Positions 1-8,152 of a stretch of 32,000 nucleotides of DNA are shown piece by piece. The notes beneath the pieces are model-generated. The model was not told the DNA's origin, did no database searches, and saw nothing but the letters and a program-made list of their open reading frames with translations. The stretch spans positions 233,168 to 265,167 of the forward strand of contig JAEXOR010000011.1 in assembly GCA_023439185.1 (NCBI GenBank), in the 5' to 3' direction. Source of the stretch: Bacillota bacterium (GTDB lineage Bacteria > Bacillota > Desulfotomaculia > Desulfotomaculales > Desulfallaceae). Within the stretch, counting starts at the first letter, position 1, and every line of letters begins with the position of its first letter. Made by a program: the position numbers and the translations under genes.

Positions 1-201
1 GCTCCCTGGGGCGTGAAGGAGGTTGGCGAAGGCGCCACTACGCCGACCCTTGGTTGCATCTCCAACGCCATCTACGACGCCATAGGGATCCAAATAACCA
101 GCCTGCCCATTTCCTACGAGAAAATATGGCGCGCCATCAAAGAAAAGAAAGAACAAGACAACGCCGCATCCTGCGGCTGCAGCTGCTGCGGTTGTGAATA
201 G
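1..201 (+). CDS. 3' end (partial, continues off left edge) of a xanthine dehydrogenase/aldehyde oxidase-family molybdopterin-binding large subunit with a Cys-rich C-terminal tail
   Basis: Frame 1 is open from base 1 (APWGVKEVGEGATTPTLGCISNAIYDAIGIQITSLPISYEKIWRAIKEKK...). This block aligns by eye with the C-termini of the two other large-subunit ORFs in the window (PFGAKEAG(Q/E)GP...A(V/I).NA(L/I)GVR...P(V/I)TPE(K/R)ILKAL). The protein ends ...AASCGCSCCGCE*. Confidence 0.7.
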   Translation, partial: APWGVKEVGEGATTPTLGCISNAIYDAIGIQITSLPISYEKIWRAIKEKKEQDNAASCGCSCCGCE

Positions 202-211
202 AAATACCACA

Positions 212-233
212 GGGGGGCGTTAATTCGCCCCCC
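212..233. terminator. GC-rich hairpin between convergent genes, a candidate bidirectional intrinsic terminator
   Basis: GGGGGGCG (212-219), loop ttaatt, CGCCCCCC (226-233). It lies 11 nt after the stop of the + strand CDS and 17 nt after the end of the minus-strand DUF1858 gene. The flanking T/A tracts are only weak. Confidence 0.55.
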
Positions 234-249
234 TGAAATTTAATCCGGT

Positions 250-450
250 TCAATTAAATCTTACCTCATTTATTTTTTCAATTAATTGCTCCAAATCAAT
301 GCCATATTTTTTAGATACCTGTTCCACGGTTTCAAAAAGTGATTCACAACAAATACAAACATTGAAACGATGGTCGTACGCCTTAAATATCCGGATTGTT
401 TCCGGATATTTTTCAGCCAGCTCGAGAATGGTCATATCCTTGGTCAACAT
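250..450 (-). CDS. DUF1858-type small redox/disulfide domain protein (hybrid-cluster-protein-associated family)
   Basis: 66 aa. The pattern ..TKDMTI.E...KYPET..IF..........CICCES...T.E......GIDL..L...N is typical of DUF1858 proteins. Confidence 0.6.
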   Translation of the reverse strand: MLTKDMTILELAEKYPETIRIFKAYDHRFNVCICCESLFETVEQVSKKYGIDLEQLIEKINEVRFN

Positions 451-476
451 TTAATTGGCACCTTCTAAAACAATTT

Positions 477-551
477 TGGTGGGCCATGCAGGACTCGAAC
501 CTGCAACCTGACGATTAAGAGTCGCCTGCTCTACCATTGAGCCAATGGCCC
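477..551 (-). tRNA. tRNA-Lys (anticodon CUU), CCA encoded
   Basis: The reverse complement reads GGGCCATTGGCTCAATGGTAGAGCAGGCGACTCTTAATCGTCAGGTTGCAGGTTCGAGTCCTGCATGGCCCACCA. It has a 7-bp acceptor stem GGGCCAT/ATGGCCC, a D arm GCTC..GAGC, an anticodon stem GGCGA/TCGTC with loop CTCTTAA, and a T arm GCAGG-TTCGAGT-CCTGC. Confidence 0.92.
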
Positions 552-568
552 TTGTATAAAAGATAAAG

Positions 569-644
569 TGGCTGGGGCGGCTGGATTCGAACCAACGAAA
601 TGCCGAAGTCAGAGTCCGGTGCCTTACCGCTTGGCTACGCCCCA
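569..644 (-). tRNA. tRNA-Gln (anticodon CUG), CCA encoded
   Basis: The reverse complement reads TGGGGCGTAGCCAAGCGGTAAGGCACCGGACTCTGACTTCGGCATTTCGTTGGTTCGAATCCAGCCGCCCCAGCCA. It has an acceptor stem TGGGGCG/CGCCCCA (the U1-A72 pair is typical of bacterial tRNA-Gln), an anticodon stem CCGGA/TTCGG with loop CTCTGAC, and a T loop GTTCGAATC. Confidence 0.9.
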
Positions 645-681
645 GTGTTGGTGCAAACTTATCCCTTTACCTCACTCAAAT

Positions 682-711
682 ATATTAGCATAACTTAATT
701 AAGTAGATCAA
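682..711 (-). promoter_or_regulatory. Candidate sigma70-type promoter for the tRNA-Gln/tRNA-Lys pair
   Basis: On the minus strand: TTGATC (711-706), an 18-nt spacer, then TAATAT (687-682), about 38 nt upstream of the tRNA-Gln 5' end. The call rests on a pattern match in an AT-rich region. Confidence 0.3.
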
Positions 712-769
712 ATAAATATTATTTATCCGGATTATCTCTACGATAAAGACGATCTATATCTATGGACTA

Positions 770-1729
770 TTACTTCAAAAGCAACGCCTTATCTCCGGGC
801 AGGGTCACGTATATACTGCTTCCCGGCTTCCAGTCGGGGTCAGCGCGGCTTAAAATATCGGCCTGGATGATACTTCCCCGGACACTTATAAAATAGGCGC
901 TCAGCGCTCCCAAGTACTGTTTTTGCACTATCTTACCGGGCCACTGACCGGAAACTTCCGAAACATCGACATCCTCCGGACGGATAAGCACAACATTACC
1001 GCGGCTGTCTTCAATTATATTGACTTTACCGATAAAATCAGCAACGAAACGGTTCCTGGGCTGCAGATAGATCTCCCGTGGCGAACCAACCTGAGAGACA
1101 GCTCCCTGCTCCATAACTACTATTTGATCCGAAATACTGAGGGCCTCTTCCTGGTCGTGGGTCACATATATTGTTGTAATGCCCGTGCTGGATTGCAAAT
1201 CCTTGATTTCTTTTCTCATTTTCACCCGCAGCTTGGCGTCAAGGCTGCTTAAGGGCTCATCCATCAACAAGACCTTGGGATTGATAACCAATGCCCTGGC
1301 CAGGGCCACCCTCTGCTGCTCCCCGCCGCTCAGCGCAATGATTTCTTTTTGGGCATCACTCTGCAGGCCCACCATTTCAAGCATTTTCTCCCCCAGCATC
1401 ATTCTTTCTCTCTTGGCGACGCCCTTGAATTTCAACCCGTAAGTAACGTTGTTGATCACGTTCAGGTGCGGAAAAAGGGCGTAATTTTGAAAAACTGTGG
1501 CCGTCGGCCTTCTATGCGGCGGAATGCCGGTAATATCCACCCCTTCAAGCAGAATGCGACCGGCAGTGGGCTTGACGAAGCCGCCAATCAGGTTCAGGGT
1601 TGTTGTTTTGCCGCATCCGCTAGGCCCCAATATGGAAACCAATTGACCCCTTTCAATATCCAGGGTCATATCTCTGACGGCATCAAACAGGCCAAATTTT
1701 TTAGTCAGATTGGATAGCTGCAGATACAT
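770..1729 (-). CDS. ABC transporter ATP-binding protein (FbpC/PotA-like importer ATPase)
   Basis: Walker A GPSGCGKTT, Q-loop, signature LSGGEQQRVALARAL, Walker B LLMDEPLSSLD, H-loop YVTHDQ, and a C-terminal regulatory/TOBE-like extension. It is the last gene of the minus-strand operon. Confidence 0.9.
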   Translation of the reverse strand: MYLQLSNLTKKFGLFDAVRDMTLDIERGQLVSILGPSGCGKTTTLNLIGGFVKPTAGRILLEGVDITGIPPHRRPTATVFQNYALFPHLNVINNVTYGLKFKGVAKRERMMLGEKMLEMVGLQSDAQKEIIALSGGEQQRVALARALVINPKVLLMDEPLSSLDAKLRVKMRKEIKDLQSSTGITTIYVTHDQEEALSISDQIVVMEQGAVSQVGSPREIYLQPRNRFVADFIGKVNIIEDSRGNVVLIRPEDVDVSEVSGQWPGKIVQKQYLGALSAYFISVRGSIIQADILSRADPDWKPGSSIYVTLPGDKALLLK

Positions 1730-1738
1730 GAAGACCTC

Positions 1739-3457
1739 CTATAATGGCCGACTGCGGCCGCGCCGCAGCAAAAGCCAGGTGAAACCCAGGTTGACGGCCA
1801 GGACAATGATAATAATCATGTTGGCCATTACCGCGCCCAAACCGATGTCGCCCTTTTTGATGGCGTCGAACATTTCCACGGTGGCCAGCTTCGAGCCCGG
1901 AGTGACCAGGAATATCACCGCCCCGATGGTGGTCATCGTGGTAGTGAACGTATTGATGAAACTCAATATAAACGCCGGCTTCAGGGCGGGCAGCATAATG
2001 TCTTTAAAAACCCGGAGCTCCCCGGCTCCGAGATCCCGGGCGCCGTTTTCAACCTGGGGATTGAGCTGGCTTAAAACCGCCGTTCCCGCCTTGGTCCCGA
2101 TGGGCAGCTGACGGTAGATGCAATTCACAATTACAATAAAAGCCGTGCCGGTAAGGGCCAGCGGATAATCATGGAATGCCAGCACATAACCGATGCCCAG
2201 GAACGGACCCGGGATCATAAAGGGCAGCGTGGCCACAAAGTCCAGCACCTGATAACCGGCAATTTTTTTTCTTTCCAAAATATAGGACAGCAAAATGCCG
2301 ATGATGCTGCCCGCCACCCCGGCCAGCACAGCATATTGCAGGCTGCGGACAATGCTGACGAATTTTCCGGTTGTCAAGGCGTGAATATGTTTCAGGCTGA
2401 AAGAAAAGTCCACTCCCCACGTTTTGACAAAAGCGCCGGCCAGAATGGTTCCATATTGCAACAGCACAATGAGCACAAAGGACCAGGTTAAAACAGTAAA
2501 AATCATGTTTATCCAGCCCGGCAGCATAAACTGCCCGTATTCCGCACCGCCCGGTTTGCTTGTAAAGGCTTGGGAATTTGAGAGCAGCCGGCGGTAAAGG
2601 ATAAAGACAAAAATTGCCGGTAAAAGCAGCAGTATGCTCATTGCCGAAGCCCTGGGCAAATTATACAGACCGATCACGTTTAGATACGCCTCGGTGGCTA
2701 AAACACTGTAACCGCCGCCGATAATGATCGGGGTGCCGAAGTCGGCCAGCGACCTGATAAATGTTATTAACGCCGCTGCTATAATGCCCGGTTTAACCAG
2801 GGGAATAATAACGCCCGTCAGGGTTTGCCAACTGCCAGCGCCCAGATCAAGGGACGCCTGCTCCAGGTTTTTATCTAAACCCCGCAGCACACCGATCATC
2901 AATAAAGCGGCCAGGGAGATAAAACCAAGGGTCTGCATCAATACAATGCCGTGCCAGCCATAAGGGTTTAATGACAAGCCCAGCAGCTTGTAGGTGATAA
3001 TGCCTCTTTTGCCAAAAAGCATAATATAAGCCAGCGAGGTAACAAAGGGCGGCGAGATCATTGTCAGCAGCAGCACGGAGAAAACAATTTTTTTCCCTTT
3101 GTTGTGCAAATGAGTAATAAACAGCGCAATGACCAGTCCCCAGGCTACGGTTAAAACGGTAGTCAGACCAGCCACAAACAGGCTGTTGATCAGCAGTTTG
3201 CGATTGTTCGTAAACAGGTCGTGATAATAACTGAAATTCAACGACCCGTTGCTGTAAACGCTTGATATAAGCACGGCAACAACAGGCCATAAAATAAAAA
3301 TCCCCACGCTGGCCACAATGATCAGGTAGATTACAAAACTGCCTAAATCATGGAAAAGGGTATCTCCTGGAGATACCCTGCCGTTAACGCTACTTGTTGC
3401 CGTACTTTTGCTCCCATTTCGCCACAATGGAATCCCTCTCCCTGCCGGCAATCTCAA
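1739..3457 (-). CDS. Fused two-domain ABC importer permease (FbpB/ThiP-like)
   Basis: The protein is very hydrophobic and carries two EAA-type loops (EQASLDLGAGSWQTLTGVIIPLVKPG and ENGARDLGAGELRVFKDIMLPALKPA). The annotated ATG overlaps the upstream binding-protein gene by 68 nt. The true start is probably an internal TTG/ATG nearer 3390-3430, so the start is uncertain. Confidence 0.85.
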   Translation of the reverse strand: MRLPAGRGIPLWRNGSKSTATSSVNGRVSPGDTLFHDLGSFVIYLIIVASVGIFILWPVVAVLISSVYSNGSLNFSYYHDLFTNNRKLLINSLFVAGLTTVLTVAWGLVIALFITHLHNKGKKIVFSVLLLTMISPPFVTSLAYIMLFGKRGIITYKLLGLSLNPYGWHGIVLMQTLGFISLAALLMIGVLRGLDKNLEQASLDLGAGSWQTLTGVIIPLVKPGIIAAALITFIRSLADFGTPIIIGGGYSVLATEAYLNVIGLYNLPRASAMSILLLLPAIFVFILYRRLLSNSQAFTSKPGGAEYGQFMLPGWINMIFTVLTWSFVLIVLLQYGTILAGAFVKTWGVDFSFSLKHIHALTTGKFVSIVRSLQYAVLAGVAGSIIGILLSYILERKKIAGYQVLDFVATLPFMIPGPFLGIGYVLAFHDYPLALTGTAFIVIVNCIYRQLPIGTKAGTAVLSQLNPQVENGARDLGAGELRVFKDIMLPALKPAFILSFINTFTTTMTTIGAVIFLVTPGSKLATVEMFDAIKKGDIGLGAVMANMIIIIVLAVNLGFTWLLLRRGRSRPL

Positions 3458-4436
3458 AGTCGATGTCTTGCAGCCTGGCGTTCTCTATTCCCTTAAGCAC
3501 CTCCGGAGGCGCCACGCCCTCCCGCACCGGCACCCGCGGGCAATTATCCCTAAGTACTTCCTGGCCGTGTTCGGAGAGACACCAGTCCACAAAAGCCTTG
3601 GCTCCGGCCAAATTTTCAGCGCCTTTCAAAATGGCCACCGGAGAAGGCCACCAGGGCGTTCCGTCGGCGGGAAACACCGACACGATCGGATATCCTTCGG
3701 CTTTAAGCTCCTCCCCGGTATCGGGAGCCAATCCCACCAGCACTTCCCCCAGAGCGGCTTTTTGCGGTGGTTCGCTGCCCCTTTTGGCGTAATAGGGAAT
3801 GTTTTTATCCAATTCGTCAATGAAGGCCCACCCGGCTTCTTCACCCATGGCCTGCAGCAAACCGCTGAGTATGGTGTACGAAGTGCCTGAAATGGAGGGG
3901 TTGGACATCAATACCTCGCCTGCAAATTCCGGTTTGACCAAGTCGGCCCATGCCCGGGGAATCTCGATTCCCTTCTCCTTGCATACCTGCTCGTTAACGA
4001 TCAAGCTGACTGTGACCAGTGAAACGCCCGTCCAGCAGCCGTCTTGATCCTTATATTGTTCCGGTATGGCTGCGGCTTCACCGGATATGTACGGCTCCAG
4101 CAGTCCGTCCGCCTTGGCGGCGATAAAACTGTCCACGCCCCCGCCGAACCACACATCGCCCAGAGGTTTCCCCTTTTCGGCTCTGATCCTGGCCAGCACT
4201 TCCCCGGAAGACATGTCCAGATATTCAATCTTGATGCCCGTATCCTTTTCAAACTCGGCAAAAATTTGGTCCAACCCGCCGTAGGCGGTAAATAATTGCA
4301 ATGTGGTGCCGCTCAAACTTGCACCGGCTTCGCCGGCACCGTCTTTTTCGCTGGCGTTTTGCCCGGCCGCTCCGCAGCCCGCAAGCAGCACCGAGCACAC
4401 CAATACCAGCAGCAACATGATAATTCTCTTTTTCAC
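3390..4436 (-). CDS. ABC transporter substrate-binding lipoprotein (iron(III)/thiamine/polyamine-type, family 1 solute-binding protein)
   Basis: Signal peptide with lipobox MKKRIIMLLLVLVCSVLLAGC, a Gly/Ala/Glu-rich linker, then a periplasmic-binding-protein-like sequence. The GTG start overlaps the stop of the upstream PHP gene (GTGA at 4433-4436). Confidence 0.8.
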   Translation of the reverse strand: MKKRIIMLLLVLVCSVLLAGCGAAGQNASEKDGAGEAGASLSGTTLQLFTAYGGLDQIFAEFEKDTGIKIEYLDMSSGEVLARIRAEKGKPLGDVWFGGGVDSFIAAKADGLLEPYISGEAAAIPEQYKDQDGCWTGVSLVTVSLIVNEQVCKEKGIEIPRAWADLVKPEFAGEVLMSNPSISGTSYTILSGLLQAMGEEAGWAFIDELDKNIPYYAKRGSEPPQKAALGEVLVGLAPDTGEELKAEGYPIVSVFPADGTPWWPSPVAILKGAENLAGAKAFVDWCLSEHGQEVLRDNCPRVPVREGVAPPEVLKGIENARLQDIDFEIAGRERDSIVAKWEQKYGNK

Positions 4437-5062
4437 AATCTAACCTCCTGATACACATTTTTACGTTGGTCAAACATCACAGGCAGTACTTCCCCCGCCT
4501 TGATAGCATTAATAAAATCCCGGCTGTCTCCAATCCCGGCCGGGAATTTGGTCGCGTAACACCCCAGCCTGTCCGTCCGGTGCGCGTCACTGCCGCCCAG
4601 GCAGGGGATATGCAACGCTGTCCCCAAAGCATGCGCTTTGCTGTTTTGCTCCCAGGGAGTATTTCCGTTAAATGATTCAATACCGTTTAGCCCTTTAATA
4701 TCCAATAACCCGTCTCCCATGCCGCGCCCGTTGTCCCGGTACGGGTGCGCGCAGACGACGGCGCCACCCTTTGCGTTTACCAGGTCGACCAACTCCTGGG
4801 CGTGCATCTGTCGATCCGGAACCTCCTCCAAGCCAAAAACGAGCAAATCTCCCTCCAATGAAAGCAATTCCATCCCCACAATTACTAAAAATTGTTCCCT
4901 TTTCTCCATCTCCTTTGCTAAAGAAGCTATACCGTTGCTTTCGTGATCAGTAATACAAATACCAGACAGGCCGATGGATTTTGCCCTGGCAACGGCATCC
5001 CTTAAATTTATTCTGCTGCACGGGGAATACCCGGCAGTATGTACATGGATATCAATAATCAA
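4433..5062 (-). CDS. PHP-domain metal-dependent phosphoesterase
   Basis: N-terminal IIDIHVHT motif, ITDHES, CAHPYR and GGSDAH His/Asp metal-ligand motifs characteristic of the PHP family. TTG start preceded by GGGGTGGA. It is the first gene of the ABC operon. Confidence 0.8.
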   Translation of the reverse strand: MIIDIHVHTAGYSPCSRINLRDAVARAKSIGLSGICITDHESNGIASLAKEMEKREQFLVIVGMELLSLEGDLLVFGLEEVPDRQMHAQELVDLVNAKGGAVVCAHPYRDNGRGMGDGLLDIKGLNGIESFNGNTPWEQNSKAHALGTALHIPCLGGSDAHRTDRLGCYATKFPAGIGDSRDFINAIKAGEVLPVMFDQRKNVYQEVRL

Positions 5063-5088
5063 AAATCCACCCCATTCCTGCTTTTATC

Positions 5089-5117
5089 ATTTTAAATCAA
5101 GCGTATTTATAGTTCAA
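5089..5117 (-). promoter_or_regulatory. Candidate sigma70 promoter of the PHP-ABC operon
   Basis: On the minus strand: TTGAAC (5117-5112), a 17-nt spacer, then TAAAAT (5094-5089), about 27 nt upstream of the TTG start at 5062. Confidence 0.5.
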
Positions 5118-5188
5118 ATAAGAGTTATTTATTAAATATGGCATATTTATAAACAAAACTTGGGTTGTTTGGCTTGTTTTACCGAAAC

Positions 5189-5221
5189 GGATTACGGGAC
5201 GCAGTCTGCGTCCCGTAATCC
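5189..5221. repeat. Perfect 16-bp-arm palindrome in a divergent intergenic region
   Basis: GGATTACGGGACGCAG t CTGCGTCCCGTAATCC. The arms are exactly complementary. There is no adjacent T-tract on either strand. Confidence 0.9.
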
Positions 5222-5328
5222 ATATGATTCTGATTGTGCGTTATTCCTCGATATCTCCGAGGCTACCGCCCAAAGAGCGGGCTTGCCTTTTTGACGGTTA
5301 TAGCTTGGAAATATCTCGGAGGAAATTA

Positions 5329-5357
5329 TTGACGTAATACAAGCTTGATAATATGAT
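5329..5357 (+). promoter_or_regulatory. Candidate sigma70 promoter of the first YeiH-like transporter gene
   Basis: TTGACG (5329-5334), a 17-nt spacer, then TATGAT (5352-5357), 44 nt upstream of the GTG start at 5401. Confidence 0.5.
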
Positions 5358-5400
5358 TAAAATAAATTTTCCGGGGATTTAGTACTTTAGGAGCATTGCC

Positions 5401-6525
5401 GTGCTGTTAAAGATTTTTTCGGCATCCATAAGACTGGTACCGGGCATGATGGTCATGTTTTCCATTGCCCTTCTGGCCAGAGGCGGAACCGACCTGGGCC
5501 TGCCCTGGTGGCCGGGCCTGGAGGTTATTTTTGCCTCAAAGCCCGTGACCAGCAAAATACTGATCGATATTTTGCATTTAAACTATGTCCTCATCTCCAT
5601 TTTAACGGGCATGCTGCTGCGCAACTTATTTGGCCTGCCCGGTTTTATTGTCCCCGGGGTAAGAACCTCCCGGCTGTTTATTAAAATCGGCGTCATCCTG
5701 CTGGGTTCCCTGTACAGCATCGTGGAACTGGCCCGCTTGGGCACAACAGCCTTTTTAATTGTTATTTTTTTCATCACCGTTACCCTGGCTTTAACCCTGT
5801 ACCTGGGCCAGAGGCTGGGCATGAGTCCGGCGGCGGCCTCGGTGCTGGCGGCAGGCACGGCCATTTGCGGGGTTTCGGCCATTGTAGCCACCGCTCCCGC
5901 CGTGCGGGCCAAAACCTCCGATGTGGTTTACTCCATCGCCACCATTCTCACCGTAGGCCTGATTTTTCTGTTCGCCTTTCCCGCCATTGGCGCTATTCTT
6001 GGCTTAAGCCCCCATCAATTCGGGGTCTGGGCGGGCACCGGAATTTTAAACTCGGGGCAGGTGCTGGCCGCCGCCCTGGCTTACGATCACGGCACTTTGG
6101 AGCATGCCTCCGTCAGCTTGAAAACCGGTGAGGTATTCAATTTGACCAGAATCATATTCCTGCCCTTTGTGGTGCTGTTCCTGTCGGTTTACAACAGCCG
6201 CCGGGAAATGGACGATATCTACAATATCAATACCGGCATCTGGAGTAAATTCCCTTTATTTGTCCTTGGGTTTCTGGTGGTGGTTTTAATGACCTCCTTC
6301 GGCCTGCTGGGGGAGACCAATCCGCCCTCAGCCGAGCTTACCTTGATCCGCAATCTGTACAGTTGGTTTTTTTCCATCGGGCTGGCGGGTTTAGGCATGC
6401 AAATATCCTTTAGTGAATTGCGTAAAGCGGGAGGCAGCCCACTACTGGTGGGCACCCTGGCCGCCCTGGTCAAGGCCGTCGGGGCGTTGATTCTGGTACT
6501 CCTGTTTATTTCGGAGCATCCATAG
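5401..6525 (+). CDS. YeiH/UPF0324 (putative sulfate exporter, PSE) family membrane transporter
   Basis: 374 aa with about 10-11 hydrophobic segments. The central motif AAGTAICGVSAIVATAPAVRAK is characteristic of the family and shared with the paralog at 10735-12225. Confidence 0.6.
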   Translation: MLLKIFSASIRLVPGMMVMFSIALLARGGTDLGLPWWPGLEVIFASKPVTSKILIDILHLNYVLISILTGMLLRNLFGLPGFIVPGVRTSRLFIKIGVILLGSLYSIVELARLGTTAFLIVIFFITVTLALTLYLGQRLGMSPAAASVLAAGTAICGVSAIVATAPAVRAKTSDVVYSIATILTVGLIFLFAFPAIGAILGLSPHQFGVWAGTGILNSGQVLAAALAYDHGTLEHASVSLKTGEVFNLTRIIFLPFVVLFLSVYNSRREMDDIYNINTGIWSKFPLFVLGFLVVVLMTSFGLLGETNPPSAELTLIRNLYSWFFSIGLAGLGMQISFSELRKAGGSPLLVGTLAALVKAVGALILVLLFISEHP

Positions 6526-6576
6526 GCATGGCGCCGGATAGCGGGTGTGTTTTAGAAAAACGGAGGGAGATTTTAG

Positions 6577-6696
6577 ATGACCGAAAAAAATAATCATGAG
6601 CAGTTAAACCTGTTATCCGCCTCGGAACGGTTGGAGGATTATGCCGCCCTGGCCATATCCGCCCTGATCCTCATTTTGGTGCTGGCACTGGTCTAA
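6577..6696 (+). CDS. 39-aa tail-anchored micro-protein (not in the supplied ORF track)
   Basis: ATG at 6577 preceded by GGAGGGA. Translation: MTEKNNHEQLNLLSASERLEDYAALAISALILILVLALV*. It has an acidic N-terminal half and one C-terminal TM segment. It lies 51 nt downstream of the transporter gene on the same strand. Confidence 0.45.
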   Translation: MTEKNNHEQLNLLSASERLEDYAALAISALILILVLALV

Positions 6697-6704
6697 CCCG
6701 CTGT

Positions 6705-8144
6705 TCACCGGATAAACACGATGGTGCCGGCGTATGAACCATTGGCTCCATATACCGGCTTCAATTCACAGTGCACATCGCCGCAGGACAGACCGGCCCT
6801 GGTTAAGGACGGCGAACCGATATTGCTTTCAATTAAATTGGCCAGCTCGGCATTTACCTCGTTGATATTCATTTCATTGGTCATGTGGCCCAGATAATAA
6901 ACGGCCATCATGTTAAAGACCATAATTTTGTTCTCCCGATCCACGAATATGACCCCTTCCTGCAGCAGCTCCACAATGCCGCCCAGGGCATAACCGCGCA
7001 GCTTCTCCTTTTCCCGGCTGGGACTGATTACCACCATGGAGCCCAGCATTTTGCCGTTTTTCACAATGGGAAAGCTGACGATTTCCAATAAATCGCCGGT
7101 CTTTTTAAGCATTATCCTGTCCGGGCCGTCAATGGGGCCGATAATTTCCTTCAGCCTGGTTTCGTTAAATACTATTCTTTTTTCGGCAAAGATTTCATAA
7201 ATTATGCCATTGGCAAACACGACTTTGCCAAACTGATTTGCGATAATAATGCCTTCCTTTAAATTATTGAAAATATTAAAATCGATATTATCGAAGTAAG
7301 AGTTGATACTGTTTAACTGCAGCAATTCGATGATAAACTGGTAAATCAAAAAATACAGCATAAACAAAAGAAACATAATGGTGATAATGCGGTAGGTGTC
7401 AAAATTGTGGTCCTGATCGAAGAAAAACACTTGGCAGGGAAAGTCGTCCAAACTGACTTGACTGACCAGGTACATAGAACCCTGGGCCTTAATGGATTCC
7501 CGCTCCGGATTAAAATGGTTTAAAGCCTCCCGGTCGAAGGGCCAGACCATGAAATGTCCGGCACGGCCCGCTACCCCCACCTTCAGCTTATCCGTTGAGT
7601 ATTTAAGCAAAAAATTATTCTGAAAATCACTGGTATTATATTCAATAATCAAATAACCCGGCCCTGCGGAACCGCCCGTTATGGGAGCCGCCAGACCCAA
7701 CCCGGCCACCCGGCCGTTTTTAATAATCTCATATCCCGACCGGTCCGGGACAGCCGGGAGAGGCTTCTGCATACCGACTTCCTTGCCGCTCAGGGAATTT
7801 AAAATCTCTCCCCGGTAATTCAGCAGGTAAATTTCCTCAATGGCGGGGCTTCGGGCGGCAATGTCCCGGAGCAGGGCCCGGCGCTCCGGTTCGTCAACGC
7901 GGCCCAGGGATTTGGCGGCGTCTTCGGTGGCATACTGCAGCCCGTGCAGATAGACATTGAGCTCGTTTAATACGATCTGTCTGACGTTGTCTTCGTTTTT
8001 GTCAATGATCCCCTTGACAAAACGGAACTCCAAGATAAAAAACAAAATGATTAAGGTTAAAAGCGCGATAATGGCATAATAAACCAAAATCCTTTTTTTA
8101 GCCTCGTTTTTACCCACCGCCAAGCCCCGCCCCCTGCATTTCAT
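6705..8144 (-). CDS. Membrane sensor-like protein: two TM segments flanking an extracytoplasmic domain, then two PAS-like modules and no recognisable output domain
   Basis: TM1 ILVYYAIIALLTLIILFFILEF, an extracytoplasmic region of about 220 aa, then TM2 IITIMFLLFMLYFLIYQFIIELL. Two PAS-like cores follow (LKEGIIIANQFGKVVFANG... and LQEGVIFVDRENKIMVFNMM...). No H-box, HATPase, GGDEF, HD or HTH motif is visible. It starts 9 nt after the response-regulator gene. Confidence 0.6.
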   Translation of the reverse strand: MKCRGRGLAVGKNEAKKRILVYYAIIALLTLIILFFILEFRFVKGIIDKNEDNVRQIVLNELNVYLHGLQYATEDAAKSLGRVDEPERRALLRDIAARSPAIEEIYLLNYRGEILNSLSGKEVGMQKPLPAVPDRSGYEIIKNGRVAGLGLAAPITGGSAGPGYLIIEYNTSDFQNNFLLKYSTDKLKVGVAGRAGHFMVWPFDREALNHFNPERESIKAQGSMYLVSQVSLDDFPCQVFFFDQDHNFDTYRIITIMFLLFMLYFLIYQFIIELLQLNSINSYFDNIDFNIFNNLKEGIIIANQFGKVVFANGIIYEIFAEKRIVFNETRLKEIIGPIDGPDRIMLKKTGDLLEIVSFPIVKNGKMLGSMVVISPSREKEKLRGYALGGIVELLQEGVIFVDRENKIMVFNMMAVYYLGHMTNEMNINEVNAELANLIESNIGSPSLTRAGLSCGDVHCELKPVYGANGSYAGTIVFIR

Positions 8145-8152
8145 TCATGCCG

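Noticed and set aside
923-4295. Numerous 60-160-aa ORFs antisense to or overlapping the ABC transporter genes (e.g. 923-1252, 1349-1717, 1710-2111, 2871-3290, 3408-3890).
   Set aside because: They lie entirely within well-supported CDSs on the opposite strand or in another frame. They have low-complexity, Arg/Pro/Ser-rich compositions and no RBSs, which is typical of shadow ORFs.
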